Assembly: GCA_038208905.1 (NCBI GenBank)
Contig: JBBQYG010000023.1
Coordinates: 1 to 35,012, forward strand
DNA from: Candidatus Sumerlaeia bacterium
GTDB taxonomy: Bacteria > Sumerlaeota > Sumerlaeia > SLMS01
Length of the DNA: 35,012 nt
Direction: 5' to 3'
Shown here: positions 8,569 to 19,430 of the stretch, piece by piece
Numbering within the stretch: the stretch's first letter is position 1
Layout: the number at the start of each line of letters is the position of its first letter
Notes under the pieces: generated by a model
What the model was told of the DNA's origin: nothing
The model's input: only the letters and a program-made list of their open reading frames with translations
Databases searched by the model: none
Translations under genes and position numbers: made by a program

Positions 8569-11500
8569 CTAAGGCTGGTAGGTTACTTCCAGCGTCGGAC
8601 GGTAGGACGATGTCCCGTTGTTCCCCGTGGCGAAACTGATCGTGTCGGCGGTTCCGTCGTTGTCGTCGTCGGTGGCGAAGGCAACGCGGAACTGCGTCTT
8701 GGCGGTCTTGCTAATGGCCCCGAGTCCGGTGCCGTTGAGCGATCCGCTGGTGAAGGTGTTCGTCGAGGGATATGGTAGCGTCGCCACGCCATCCGCCGTG
8801 GATGCCGACTCGAAATCGTTGTTTGCCAGCGCCGATGCCGCGCCGAAGAACGCCGTCCTGATTGCGACGTTGATATTGCCGAGCGAAGTCGGGGTCCCCG
8901 ATGCCGTCGTGCGCCGCAGCGTGAACGTCGCGGCCGTGATCGTGGTGCCGTCGGGAATCGACGACGTGTCGAAGCTCAGAACGGAGCGGTATTGCCGCCG
9001 CGATCCGTCATCGCCAATTCGCATCGTCGTCCCCGTGGAGCTGTTTGTGTTCCCCACGTTCGTGTTCTCACCGGATTCGCGCACCTCGCCATCCTCGGAA
9101 GCGACCACCGCGAACGTCACGGTCACCGGTGTCGGCGTCGGAGTAGGCGACGGCGTGGGCGACGGCGTTGGGGTTGGCGTCGGAGTCGGCGACGGCGTCG
9201 GGCTCGGTGTTGGGCTCGGCGTAGGCGAGGGGCTTGGCGATGGTGACGGGCTTGGCGTGGGCGAAGGCGTCGGCGACGGAGTGGGCGTGGGAGTCGGTGT
9301 AGCCGCCGAGAGCGCCACGGAAAGCACCGGGAAGTTACCCGATCCCGTCGTGGTGTCCGACGACGCCAGGCTCGCGTAGTCGTTGCCGCTGTCCGCGTTG
9401 TCCTCCGTGGTGAAACGCAGCTTGAACTGCGTCCGGCCCGCCAGGTTGATCGCCCCGCGTCCGGCGGCGGAGAGAGCCGCCGAGCCACGCTGCAAGTCGC
9501 TCGTCAAGGCGGCCAATGTTGCCGCCGCCGACGCGGTAACGCCAGCCTGGAAGTCCGCCGACTCCACCGCCTTGGAAGAGCCGAGGTTCCCCGTCACCAC
9601 GTCGATGGCGAAGGTCCCGTGCGTCGTCCAGGGGGAGGTTCCCGTGAGGGAGGTCCGCGTCAGTTTCACCTCGGCGGTGGTGATGCTCACCGAGCTGTCG
9701 AGGACGGAGGTATCGAAGGAAAGGATGCTGCGCTGGGCGCGATTGGAAGAGTCATCGCCCACGCGCAGGGTCCCCGCCGTGTCGATCGTGCCGCCGAGGC
9801 CGGAGGTCTGGCTGGTTTCCAGCACCCGGCCGTCCTCCGCCGCGATGGAGTAGAAGTCGATGGCCGACGGCAGCGGCCCCTCCATATCGGCCCGCAACGC
9901 GATCAGCGAGTTGATCACGTGCTGGGGTTCGTTGCGGACTTCCAGCGACTGTTCGATGTGCAGGAACGATTCCAGCGTCCCCGTCGCGGCGGTGCCGCAC
10001 TCGCTCCCCTCCGCGACGCCATTGTTCGGCCTTCCCTGCGTATTGGTGGTCGCCCCCAGCAGCGTGGCGTCCCACCCAAAGACACCCGCGTTGGAGGTGC
10101 CCGCGCCGCCCGAGAGCGTATATCCCTGAGCGTTGTGATTGTCGGCAAACAGGAACGTGGGCGCGAAGGAGGAAGTCGGCAGGCCGAACCCATTGCTTGC
10201 GATCACATGGTGCGGGCTGCCGTTGCAGGACTTGCAGAAGCCGTGGAGTTGCACCGAGAGCGGCTTCTCCGCCAGGTCGTACAGCTCCAGGTGCGCCCCG
10301 TGAAAGTAGCTTTGCGTCGTGTGGGCCATGTCGCTGATGCGGTAGTCATCCGACACCGCGCCGTCGCACGCCGAAAGCGTCGTGTGATTGCGGCGATGCG
10401 TGCCGGATATCAGCGCTGCGCGCGGGCGAAGTTGCGGAATTGCGAGCGCCCCTTGCTCCAGCGTCAGCGAGTCGAAGATCGGGTGCGGGATCTCCAGGAC
10501 CAGACCAAGGTCCGCCTCCGGGTTCGCGTCGAAGATGAATATGCCGCCGCCGACGTATCCCCCCACACCGGGCACCTGTCGCTCGGCCAACAGGTGAAAC
10601 GTGTCGCCGGTGGCGGTGTCCAGATACTCGATCAACTCGAAGCCAAGGGGCTCCGCCGTGTCGAAGGCCTGCTCGAAATTGCCGGCGATCATCTGCTGAA
10701 TCGCCGTGCGGAATGTGGCCTGATTCGTGGAGGAAGGTTGCACATAGTCATTGGTGCCCGTGGAAGTCGCGATGCGGCGGTCGGGGTGTGTTGCATCCCG
10801 GAGCAGCGCGATGCGCCCCTGCAAATTTCCCGTCTGCCGCAGAGGCCGCAGCCCCGCCCCCGTGGTCACATAGCTGGTGAAGTTCCCCAGCGTCGCGCGG
10901 TGCCTTGGCGCCACGGTGAAGTTCGACGCGGAATCCGGCGAGCCCTGGCTCCAAGTGGTCCCCGTGTTCAGCCGCTGAATGGCCCCCGCCCCATAGGCGC
11001 TGTCAGTCGTGAACCCCGCGAAGTCCACCGCCTGGGCGTTGTAGGCCGCCGCCGTCGTGATCGAATCCGCGCCCGACCACCCATTCGCATTCGTCAGCGT
11101 GATCGAAAGCCCCGTCGTCGAAAGCGTCAGAAAGCTCAGGTCCTCCACCGTGTCCGTCGTGTCCGACGGCGACCCGCCGCTATTCCCCCACGCCACCGAA
11201 TCGACGGCACCCCCCGAGCTGTCCACCAAGAGCGCCTGCTCGTAGTCGGAATTGAAGAGCCCAGAACTCACCGTCGCCAGCGGCGCCACGATTCGCAGGC
11301 CAAAGTTTGTCTGCTCGTAGGATGCCGTTCCGGTGTTCAGGGTGAACACCACCACGGCGAACTCGCCCGCGCCCAGCGTGGGAAGGCTAAGGCCGCTCGC
11401 CGCGAAGGTCCCCTCCGTCGCCAGGTTCGACTCCACCGTCGCCGGATCGATGTCCGTCAGAACCCAATTCGTCAGGTCCACCGCCGACCCGCCGGAATTG

Positions 11501-11652
11501 AACAGCTCCACCGTGTCGCCCGACGTCGATGTGGTGGTCACTCCAGGGATGATCTCCGTAATGATCACCTGCCCCACGGCCGGTTCAACCGCCGCCAGGG
11601 TCGCCGCCAGCAATGCCAGACAGGAGCCGCGCTTCAGTGAACAAACCTTCAT
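8569..11652 (-). CDS. Large secreted modular protein: signal peptide, lamin-tail-like domain, putative metal-dependent hydrolase domain, two DNRLRE-like beta domains separated by a Pro/Thr/Ser linker
   Basis: Signal peptide ending [10 protein letters not shown]...[22 protein letters not shown] fits a lamin-tail domain. Central motifs [28 protein letters not shown]. EDGxVxE...TxRxGDDxSxRxxRSxLSFDTS...GxTQFxxxF occurs twice. Confidence 0.85.
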   Translation of the reverse strand: MKVCSLKRGSCLALLAATLAAVEPAVGQVIITEIIPGVTTTSTSGDTVELFNSGGSAVDLTNWVLTDIDPATVESNLATEGTFAASGLSLPTLGAGEFAVVVFTLNTGTASYEQTNFGLRIVAPLATVSSGLFNSDYEQALLVDSSGGAVDSVAWGNSGGSPSDTTDTVEDLSFLTLSTTGLSITLTNANGWSGADSITTAAAYNAQAVDFAGFTTDSAYGAGAIQRLNTGTTWSQGSPDSASNFTVAPRHRATLGNFTSYVTTGAGLRPLRQTGNLQGRIALLRDATHPDRRIATSTGTNDYVQPSSTNQATFRTAIQQMIAGNFEQAFDTAEPLGFELIEYLDTATGDTFHLLAERQVPGVGGYVGGGIFIFDANPEADLGLVLEIPHPIFDSLTLEQGALAIPQLRPRAALISGTHRRNHTTLSACDGAVSDDYRISDMAHTTQSYFHGAHLELYDLAEKPLSVQLHGFCKSCNGSPHHVIASNGFGLPTSSFAPTFLFADNHNAQGYTLSGGAGTSNAGVFGWDATLLGATTNTQGRPNNGVAEGSECGTAATGTLESFLHIEQSLEVRNEPQHVINSLIALRADMEGPLPSAIDFYSIAAEDGRVLETSQTSGLGGTIDTAGTLRVGDDSSNRAQRSILSFDTSVLDSSVSITTAEVKLTRTSLTGTSPWTTHGTFAIDVVTGNLGSSKAVESADFQAGVTASAAATLAALTSDLQRGSAALSAAGRGAINLAGRTQFKLRFTTEDNADSGNDYASLASSDTTTGSGNFPVLSVALSAATPTPTPTPSPTPSPTPSPSPSPSPSPTPSPTPSPTPSPTPTPTPTPSPTPSPTPTPTPVTVTFAVVASEDGEVRESGENTNVGNTNSSTGTTMRIGDDGSRRQYRSVLSFDTSSIPDGTTITAATFTLRRTTASGTPTSLGNINVAIRTAFFGAASALANNDFESASTADGVATLPYPSTNTFTSGSLNGTGLGAISKTAKTQFRVAFATDDDNDGTADTISFATGNNGTSSYRPTLEVTYQP
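9122..9302 (-). repeat. Coding (PT/PS)n linker, 6-bp period
   Basis: Translates as [30 protein letters not shown]... (about 60 aa) with diversified synonymous codons. Confidence 0.9.
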
Positions 11653-11758
11653 GGCGAGTTCGCCTTTCTATGGAGGGTGTTAGACAATGACCGTCGGTCT
11701 CCGCAGGCGTCAGGTTGCCTGCCGGTGGAAGCCGTCTAATAATCCAATCTGAACTGGG

Positions 11759-11787
11759 ATAAAACACGCAAACACACAGTTGGTCAA
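11759..11787 (-). promoter_or_regulatory. Putative sigma70-type promoter of the secreted-protein gene
   Basis: Minus strand reads TTGACC-N17-TTTTAT, about 100 nt upstream of ATG 11652. Confidence 0.45.
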
Positions 11788-11789
11788 GA

Positions 11790-11830
11790 AGGGAAAATGC
11801 CCCTACCAAAAAATCAGGGAACACCCCCCT
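11790..11830. promoter_or_regulatory. Two AGGG-N7-CCCT palindromic boxes (candidate transcription-factor sites) in a divergent intergenic region
   Basis: AGGGAAAATGCCCCT (11790-11804) and AGGGAACACCCCCCT (11816-11830), with starts 26 bp apart. Confidence 0.4.
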
Positions 11831-11878
11831 TGGGAATGCCGATCTGCGCATCGGCGCCGTTTGCCGCCTTTCCCCCTG

Positions 11879-11907
11879 TTGACCTTCGCCTCCCCGCCTG
11901 ATTTGCT
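11879..11907 (+). promoter_or_regulatory. Putative recJ promoter (would give a leaderless mRNA)
   Basis: TTGACC-N17-TTTGCT ends 7 nt before GTG 11915; there is no SD sequence. Confidence 0.35.
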
Positions 11908-11914
11908 CGCCGAC

Positions 11915-13657
11915 GTGCTACCACTAACCCGCATCACACCCACCGCCGAGACCCGATGGAACATCCTCCCCGCGTCCGCGACGGAATCCTCCGCCATCGC
12001 GGGGAGCTATGGCCTGCACCCGGTGGTGGCGCGCATTCTGGCGGCGCGCGGATGGATCATGGGGAGCACAGGCCTTGGCGAGTTCATGGCGCCGGTGCTG
12101 AAGCTGCTGCGCAGTCCCTTCGAGCTGGGCGGCATGGAGGCCGCCGTGGAGCGCACGACGCGCGCCATCGCCAACCGGGAGAAGATTTGTATCTTCGGCG
12201 ACTATGACGTGGACGGCGTGACGTCCACGGCGCTGCTGTGGGGGACGCTTCGCAAGCTGGGCGTCACGGCGCGCGTGGTCATTCCCCACCGAATCCAGGA
12301 TGGCTATGGCATGAACGTGGCCCGCGTGGAGGAAATCGCGCGCGACGGCATCACGTTGATCCTGACCGTGGACACCGGCGTGACTGCGGTGGAGCCGATC
12401 CGCCGCGCGCGGGAGCTGGGCGTGGATGTTGTCGTGACCGATCACCACCTGGCCGGCGACGCCCTGCCCGAGGCCGCGGCGATGGTGAATCCCAACAACG
12501 CCGACGATTACTATGAGCACGGGCGTCTGTGTGGCGTCGGCGTCGCGTTCAAGTTTGCACATGCGCTCCTCAAGCGCAGCGACCTTCCCGAAGCGGAGTC
12601 GCGCCGCTTTCTCATGGACCAGCTCGACCTCGTCGCCCTCGGCACCATCGCCGACGTGGTCCCGCTCCTGGCGGAGAACCGGGTGCTGGCCCGCCACGGG
12701 CTCGACGCGCTGGTGGCGACGAAGCGCCCCGGCCTGCGCGCGCTGATCGAAATCGCGGGCCTCGCGGGGCGCCCCGCCACAGCGGAGTTCGTTGGATTCG
12801 GCCTAGGCCCACGCCTCAACGCCGCCGGACGCACCGACGACGCGCGGCTCGCCTTCGACCTGCTGACGACAACCGATCCCGCCGAGGCCACGCGCCTGGC
12901 CAAGCACCTGGACCACCTCAACCGAGAGCGCCGCACCATCGAGGACGAGATCCTGACCGCGAGCATCGACGAGGCCGAAACCATCATGACCGGCGAAGCC
13001 TGCCATGCGCTCGTCGTCGGCGGGGAAGGCTGGCACCTCGGCGTCGTTGGCATCGTGGCCTCGCGCCTGACCGAGCGCTACGCCGTCCCCGCCATCGTGC
13101 TCGCCATCGACAATGGCCTCGCGAAGGGGAGCGCGCGCTCCGTCCCCGGATTCGACATTCACGAGGCGCTCTCCGCCTGCGGGTCCTGCCTCGTCGCCTT
13201 TGGCGGACATGCCGCCGCCGCGGGCCTGCGGCTCGAGGTCTCGTCGCTCCCCCGCTTTCGCCGCGAACTCAACGAACACGCCGGCGGCGTCTTCTCCCGC
13301 CTCGACCGCACGCGCACCATCGACGTGGATGCGGAGGTGAACTCGGGCGACGTGACGTGGGAACTCCTGAACGATATCCGCCGGCTGGAGCCCTTCGGCT
13401 CCCAGAACCCCCCGCCCCTTTTCCTCATGCGCGGCGTCCGCGCTGCCGCGCCGCCACGCATCGTTGGACGCAACCACCTGCGCATGAAACTCGGCCAAGG
13501 CGACCGCAGCTTCAACTCCATCGGCTTCTCCCTCGGCCACCTCAAGCCCGCCTTCGAGGGCGGCGAAATGGACATCCTCTTCCGCCCCAAGGAGAACGAG
13601 TTCAACGGCACCCGCTCCCTCGAACTCGAACTCGTGGACGGACGCCCCTCCCGCTGA
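11915..13657 (+). CDS. recJ: Single-stranded-DNA-specific exonuclease RecJ
   Basis: DHH-family motifs: FGDYDVDGVTS, TVDTG, TDHH, LCGVGVAFK, ALGTIADVVPL, GPRLNAAGR, KGSARS, FGGHAAAAG, LEPFGSQNP. The start is placed at GTG 11915 rather than TTG 11780. Confidence 0.96.
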   Translation: MLPLTRITPTAETRWNILPASATESSAIAGSYGLHPVVARILAARGWIMGSTGLGEFMAPVLKLLRSPFELGGMEAAVERTTRAIANREKICIFGDYDVDGVTSTALLWGTLRKLGVTARVVIPHRIQDGYGMNVARVEEIARDGITLILTVDTGVTAVEPIRRARELGVDVVVTDHHLAGDALPEAAAMVNPNNADDYYEHGRLCGVGVAFKFAHALLKRSDLPEAESRRFLMDQLDLVALGTIADVVPLLAENRVLARHGLDALVATKRPGLRALIEIAGLAGRPATAEFVGFGLGPRLNAAGRTDDARLAFDLLTTTDPAEATRLAKHLDHLNRERRTIEDEILTASIDEAETIMTGEACHALVVGGEGWHLGVVGIVASRLTERYAVPAIVLAIDNGLAKGSARSVPGFDIHEALSACGSCLVAFGGHAAAAGLRLEVSSLPRFRRELNEHAGGVFSRLDRTRTIDVDAEVNSGDVTWELLNDIRRLEPFGSQNPPPLFLMRGVRAAAPPRIVGRNHLRMKLGQGDRSFNSIGFSLGHLKPAFEGGEMDILFRPKENEFNGTRSLELELVDGRPSR

Positions 13658-13698
13658 CCCGCGGCACCGGCGCCCGAAAAAACCGGCCCCCTTCGCCC

Positions 13699-13727
13699 TT
13701 GACACCCCACCCCCCGCTGCCGACCCT
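13699..13727 (+). promoter_or_regulatory. Putative tRNA promoter
   Basis: Perfect TTGACA at 13699-13704, 17-nt spacer, then GACCCT. Confidence 0.4.
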
Positions 13728-13769
13728 TCGCGGCTCACGAGCGCCTTCACCCGCGCCCGCGATACCGGT

Positions 13770-13845
<76 letters not shown>

Positions 13846-13920
13846 TTAATTCCCTCCACAACTCGGGCAGTCAGCGGATCCCCGCGCGGCATGGGGCCTG
13901 AATAATGCGTTAGGGGTGGC

Positions 13921-14931
<1,011 letters not shown>

Positions 14932-15160
14932 TCATTTCGCATCTGGCCAGCTTCAACTTCGCCTGAATATCCTCTTACACCCGCGGCTTCCTTTTCTCGC
15001 GGTTTGCCAATAGGAGAACGACGGCATTCGATAGGACATTTTCGTTTTCCTCGGCTCCCTTCTTCACGACAACCTCGCGGAGAGCTCGGGCCTCATCCAA
15101 GGGGAGTTTATCTGTAAGCATGAGATAGATCCCACGAAAGCTTGCTATTCCCTTGCTCGA
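14932..15160 (-). pseudogene. Possible foreign gene remnant or small ORF (14975-15121)
   Basis: Visibly more AT-rich than its flanks. Reads MLTDKLPLDEARALREVVVKKGAEENENVLSNAVVLLLANREKRKPRV*EDIQAKLKLARCE, which remains protein-like across a TAA. Confidence 0.3.
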
Positions 15161-15190
15161 TCTCCCCCAACTCCCGACCCTCCTCCTCCC

Positions 15191-15937
15191 ATGTGTACCG
15201 TCACCCTCCACCGCGTTCCCGGGCGTTTGTCCCTGACGATGAACCGCGACGAGCGGCGGGAGCGGGGGGTCGAAATCCCGGCCGCGATCCATCGGCCTGA
15301 TGGCGCCCCGGCGTGGGTGGGGCCGCTTGATGGTCCGAGCGGGGGGACGTGGATCGGGGCGAGCGAGCGGGGGTTGGTGGCGTGTGTGTTGAACGCGTAC
15401 CAGCCGTCGGAAAGTGCTCCGCCGGTGGGTGTGGCGGCGCCGCGGGATAGTCGCGGGCGGATCGTGCCGCGGTTGCTGGAGTGTCGCGATTTCGAGCGGG
15501 CGCTGGAGTGGTTGCGCACGGACCTCGATCCGGGGCGTTACAACTCCTTCACGCTGATGGTGGCGGGCCCGTTGCAGACGGTGACGCTGCGGTGGATGGG
15601 GAGCGGCGAGATCGAATCGGAGTGGTCTTCGGGCGAGTGGAGCATGTGGTCGTCCTCCTCCTGGCGCGCGTCGGAGGTGTTGCCGTGGCGTCGCGATCAG
15701 TTTGCGGCGTGGCAGGCGGCGGGTGCCCTCGATCGCGAGGGCCTGCCGACGTTTCACCTGCTGCAACCAGAGGGCATGGCCGAGTGGTCGCCGCTGATGT
15801 CGCGGGAGAAAACCGCCACGCGCAGCATCGCCCGCGTGGAGATCGCCGAGGGCCGCGCCGCCTTGGGCCATTGGCCCGTGGCGGATTCGCGGCTGGGCAC
15901 GGAGACGCGCGTGGAGCTTCCCCTCAGCGCCCGGTAG
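15191..15937 (+). CDS. NRDE / TANGO2 family protein (Ntn-hydrolase-like)
   Basis: Starts MCT (Cys2); contains NRDE, GGTWIG, LN, SRGRIV and YNSFTL. Confidence 0.9.
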   Translation: MCTVTLHRVPGRLSLTMNRDERRERGVEIPAAIHRPDGAPAWVGPLDGPSGGTWIGASERGLVACVLNAYQPSESAPPVGVAAPRDSRGRIVPRLLECRDFERALEWLRTDLDPGRYNSFTLMVAGPLQTVTLRWMGSGEIESEWSSGEWSMWSSSSWRASEVLPWRRDQFAAWQAAGALDREGLPTFHLLQPEGMAEWSPLMSREKTATRSIARVEIAEGRAALGHWPVADSRLGTETRVELPLSAR

Positions 15938-17492
15938 TGCCGACGCCGATCTTCTGGGTGCTGCGGCGCTGGGCCTCCTGATACAGTCGGCCGTTCTCTC
16001 CCCATTGGCCCGCCGCCAGCTCCTCCAGGCACTGGGTGGCCTCGGGCGAATCGGGGTCGTTGCGCTGCCAGAATTCCAATGCCTCGCGAGCCTTGGGGTG
16101 CCCCAGGCGGAGGTATGCCAGAGCCTGCCCGCGCAGCGCCGTCGGTTCCTCGCGATGCGCGCGCAGGTACATCTGGAATCCATTGAGCGCATCGAGATAT
16201 CGGCCGGCCTCCAGCGCCAGCGTCGGCTTGCGCAGTGCCCCGGGCGCGTCCGATGCGATCTCGGTGACGGCCTGCTCCAGTTCTTTCAGCGTCTTTTCCC
16301 TCAGCAGCGCCGCCACGATCGCGCGCTGGTAGTCCAGCGTCGCCGCGAGCAAGTGAATCGAGTACGGCAGCCCGACGACCGAGACCGCGCCGGCAGTCGC
16401 GAGGAGCGCCTTGAGCACGCCGTCGGAGCCCTCCATGCGCAGGAGGCCGATGCTCGCCTCGATGGCCCTCATCCAACCGCAGTCGTGCCCCGCCAGGATC
16501 GGCAGGACAAACGCATGGGGCAGGATCACCAGCAGCCACGTGAACACCAGCGCCACCACCGCGCCGAAGCACACCGCCAGCCACGCGGGCGCCATCGCCT
16601 GGTCGTAGAGCAGCACACCCGAGAGCAACCCTGCATACGCGCCGATCGTGATCAGCAGCACCACGCCCAGCGACCACCCGATGACGGCGAGGAGCCCTGT
16701 AGCCTCGAAGGCGAGGCCCAACTCCCTCCACAGCGACGAGCCGCGAAAGTAACCCGTCCGCCGCGCGCGATTCACGATACGCAACGACGCCAGCAGGAAC
16801 ACCGCCAGCAGTGTGCTGGTCAGCGATCCTGCCACGATCAGCGGAACCCGCATCGCGGAGGGCCACGCGCCAACGTCGGTCAGGTCCTCCGGCTCCCATG
16901 TTCGATATCCGAGCACGAAAACCCCCGCACACAGCGCGCACCCGACCACCCATATTCCGAACGCAAGGCCCCACAGTTCGCCGAGGGGGCCAATCAACCG
17001 CGGCCCGCACACCAACTGGAAGGACCAAGCCTCGCGAAGCTGGAGCTTGAGCGGCTTGAGCGGCAGCTTGGCCCGATGGGCGGAGAGCGGGTGCCCCCCC
17101 GCGCGGATCAGGAACGGCGCCCGCCCCCCCAGCGCGAGCCCGCCCAGTATCGCAAAAACGATCGCGAGCCGCCCGAGGGCGTCCTCAACATAGGCGGGGA
17201 TGATCAGGCGCACCGCCATCGTCTGCAGGGACGCCGCGCTGGACAACAGCGCCACCGCCGCCACCAGCAGCCCGCCGCCCAGCATCCGCGCCGCATCGGA
17301 TTGGCCGGTCTGGCGGAGCGCCGCCCTTACCGAGAGCGCCACGATCGCCGCCACGCCGGCAAGCGCGCACGCCGCCGCCACGAATCCCGGCGCCAGGAGC
17401 GCGCCCCCGACAGACAGCACGATGATGGACCACAAAATTGCCGACAACACCACTCGACCTCCTCCGGTCGTCGCGTGAACGCTGTATTTCAT
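15924..17492 (-). CDS. Hypothetical polytopic membrane protein with C-terminal TPR-like helices
   Basis: About 9-10 hydrophobic segments. C-terminus ALEAGRYLDALNGFQMYLRAHREEPTALRGQALAYLRLG...DPDSPEA has TPR spacing. Confidence 0.72.
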   Translation of the reverse strand: MKYSVHATTGGGRVVLSAILWSIIVLSVGGALLAPGFVAAACALAGVAAIVALSVRAALRQTGQSDAARMLGGGLLVAAVALLSSAASLQTMAVRLIIPAYVEDALGRLAIVFAILGGLALGGRAPFLIRAGGHPLSAHRAKLPLKPLKLQLREAWSFQLVCGPRLIGPLGELWGLAFGIWVVGCALCAGVFVLGYRTWEPEDLTDVGAWPSAMRVPLIVAGSLTSTLLAVFLLASLRIVNRARRTGYFRGSSLWRELGLAFEATGLLAVIGWSLGVVLLITIGAYAGLLSGVLLYDQAMAPAWLAVCFGAVVALVFTWLLVILPHAFVLPILAGHDCGWMRAIEASIGLLRMEGSDGVLKALLATAGAVSVVGLPYSIHLLAATLDYQRAIVAALLREKTLKELEQAVTEIASDAPGALRKPTLALEAGRYLDALNGFQMYLRAHREEPTALRGQALAYLRLGHPKAREALEFWQRNDPDSPEATQCLEELAAGQWGENGRLYQEAQRRSTQKIGVGTTGR

Positions 17493-17548
17493 TGCAGCGC
17501 CATGCCTCCGGTGTCATCGGGAATCATTCCAGAGAGAGGGTCGCCCCC

Positions 17549-19306
17549 ATGAAGCGCCTTGTTTACTTCGTGCTCGCCGCCATCTTTCTTGGGCTCGGCG
17601 CCCTCCCGGCTCAGGAAGCCCCCCAAGCGGGAAAGTACACCGCCCGCGGTAAGCTGCTGACCACCGATGGCGAACCCGCCGCCAACGTCACCGTCATGAT
17701 CGAGGTCTTCGACAAGCGAGTTCGCCGCCAAGTGGGGTACGACTCAACGCGGTCGGACGTCGCGGGGGAGTTCGTCTTCGACTTGGAGAAGTATGCCGAC
17801 GCGCCCGAGCTTGCCCTGCAGTTCAACACCCAGTCGCCGCGCTATCGCCAGGCCCTGCGCATCGTGGAGATCAAGAACGAGGAATTCCCCTGCGCCGTGG
17901 AACTCCAGCTGGAGCCCGGCAGCGTTGGGCGCGGCGTCGTCGTCGATCCCAAGGGCAATCCCATCGAGGGCGCCAGCGTCGCAACGGAGGGGAGCATCAC
18001 GGTGGAGACGAACGCGCAGGGGATCTTCGAGATTTTCGGCCTCCATGCCTTCGGCAGCTCCCGCCTCGCCGCCTACAAGGACGGCTACAGCACCAGCTTC
18101 CTCGCCGTGGAGAGCGCGACGCCAACCCTCATCGACGGCCTGCGCATCGAGATTTCCCCCGCCGCCAACCTGGTGGGAGTCGCACTGGATCCTTTCGACA
18201 AGCCGATCCCCCGCGGCGTTGTGCGCCTCAAGATCGGGGACCGATATCGCCAGGAGCGCCTCAAGCGCGATGGCACCTTCGCCTTCGACGCGGTGCCGGT
18301 GAATCTGGATGGCGTTACGATCATCCTGCAGGCGGATCAGTTTCCCGATGTCCAGCGCACCTTCTCCGCCGACAACTACGCCACGGAGACGATCACGCTG
18401 CGCGCGGGCTGGCCACTGGAACTCGATGGCCGCGTCGCCAACCCCGATGGCTCCCCCGCCATCGGCTCGCGCGTGATGGTGTCCATCGACCCGCGCGCGC
18501 GCCCGCTGGAGTTCCACACCGACGCCGCGGGCCGCTGGCGCGCCTCGCCGCTCGATCCCGGAACGGCGTGGGTCGTTGTCGCCCTTCCCGCCGAGCCCGA
18601 CGCTCGCAGCGCCATGGGCGAACTCGAAATCGTGGCGGGCGCCGTCGGGGCCAGTTTCACCGGCAATGTCGATCCCTGGCCCGCCGGTTTTCGCTCGACA
18701 TTCGAGGTCAAGATCGATGGCAAACGCATCGCCATGACCCGCACCGACAGCGGGCGCGGCGCCCTGCCGGGCGTCATCCGCTATGACGGCGAGATCGACG
18801 AGAAGATGGCGCGCATCGAGGGGAAGCTGACCGTGGCGGAGAACGGCGCGACGGGCACCTTCCGCGCGACGGCCTATCGACCCGGCTCAACCATCGCCGG
18901 CCAGTGGGACCTCCGCGAGCAGATCGGCGAAGGGCGCCGCACCGCATCCGCCGTGCAGCGCCGCGTGGCCGGCGCCCCGTTTGCCGGGATGCAGCGCTTG
19001 GACCTTCAGTTGTCCAGTCCGCTCGCCGTCGCGGGAAAAGTGCTTCTGGCAAACGGAGAGCCGCTGGGCGTGGGCGTCGTCCACCTCAACTCGTGGAATG
19101 GCACCCAGATCCTCCGCCGTTTCAGTCCGATCACCGCGGGCGGAGCGTTCCGCCTGGAGGGAATGCCCGAGGGGGCCCTTGAGATCATCGTCGTCGATGG
19201 GGAGGGTCAGCTCCACGCCCCCCCACTGTATACACGCTCTGGAATCGAGGACCTGGTTGTAGTCCCCGATCCTCCGGAGGCCGACGAAATGGACCCGCTT
19301 CCGTAG
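17549..19306 (+). CDS. Secreted protein with carboxypeptidase-regulatory-like repeats
   Basis: GAGAGGG SD, then signal peptide MKRLVYFVLAAIFLGLGALPA-Q. Repeats: GVVVDPKGNPIEGASV, GVALDPFDKPI, GRVANPDGSPAIG, GKVLLANGEPL. Confidence 0.8.
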   Translation: MKRLVYFVLAAIFLGLGALPAQEAPQAGKYTARGKLLTTDGEPAANVTVMIEVFDKRVRRQVGYDSTRSDVAGEFVFDLEKYADAPELALQFNTQSPRYRQALRIVEIKNEEFPCAVELQLEPGSVGRGVVVDPKGNPIEGASVATEGSITVETNAQGIFEIFGLHAFGSSRLAAYKDGYSTSFLAVESATPTLIDGLRIEISPAANLVGVALDPFDKPIPRGVVRLKIGDRYRQERLKRDGTFAFDAVPVNLDGVTIILQADQFPDVQRTFSADNYATETITLRAGWPLELDGRVANPDGSPAIGSRVMVSIDPRARPLEFHTDAAGRWRASPLDPGTAWVVVALPAEPDARSAMGELEIVAGAVGASFTGNVDPWPAGFRSTFEVKIDGKRIAMTRTDSGRGALPGVIRYDGEIDEKMARIEGKLTVAENGATGTFRATAYRPGSTIAGQWDLREQIGEGRRTASAVQRRVAGAPFAGMQRLDLQLSSPLAVAGKVLLANGEPLGVGVVHLNSWNGTQILRRFSPITAGGAFRLEGMPEGALEIIVVDGEGQLHAPPLYTRSGIEDLVVVPDPPEADEMDPLP

Positions 19307-19430
19307 TGCCCGGCGCGCTTTCGCCGCTTTCCCGCTCGACATCAGGGGTTTAATTGCCGACCATTTGGGCCGATAATATCGGGGTGCCCTGTGCAATGCC
19401 GATTCAGAGCCGAGCCGCCGGGAGCATGAA

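Noticed and set aside
9122-9302. Repetitive GGCGTCGG/GGCGACGG tract as a possible CRISPR or VNTR
   Set aside because: It is a 6-bp-period coding Pro/Thr/Ser linker with no repeat-spacer structure, and no cas genes are present.
15924-15937. 14-nt convergent overlap of the NRDE gene and the TPR membrane gene
   Set aside because: Short 3' overlaps are common in compact GC-rich genomes; there is no sign of a functional link.
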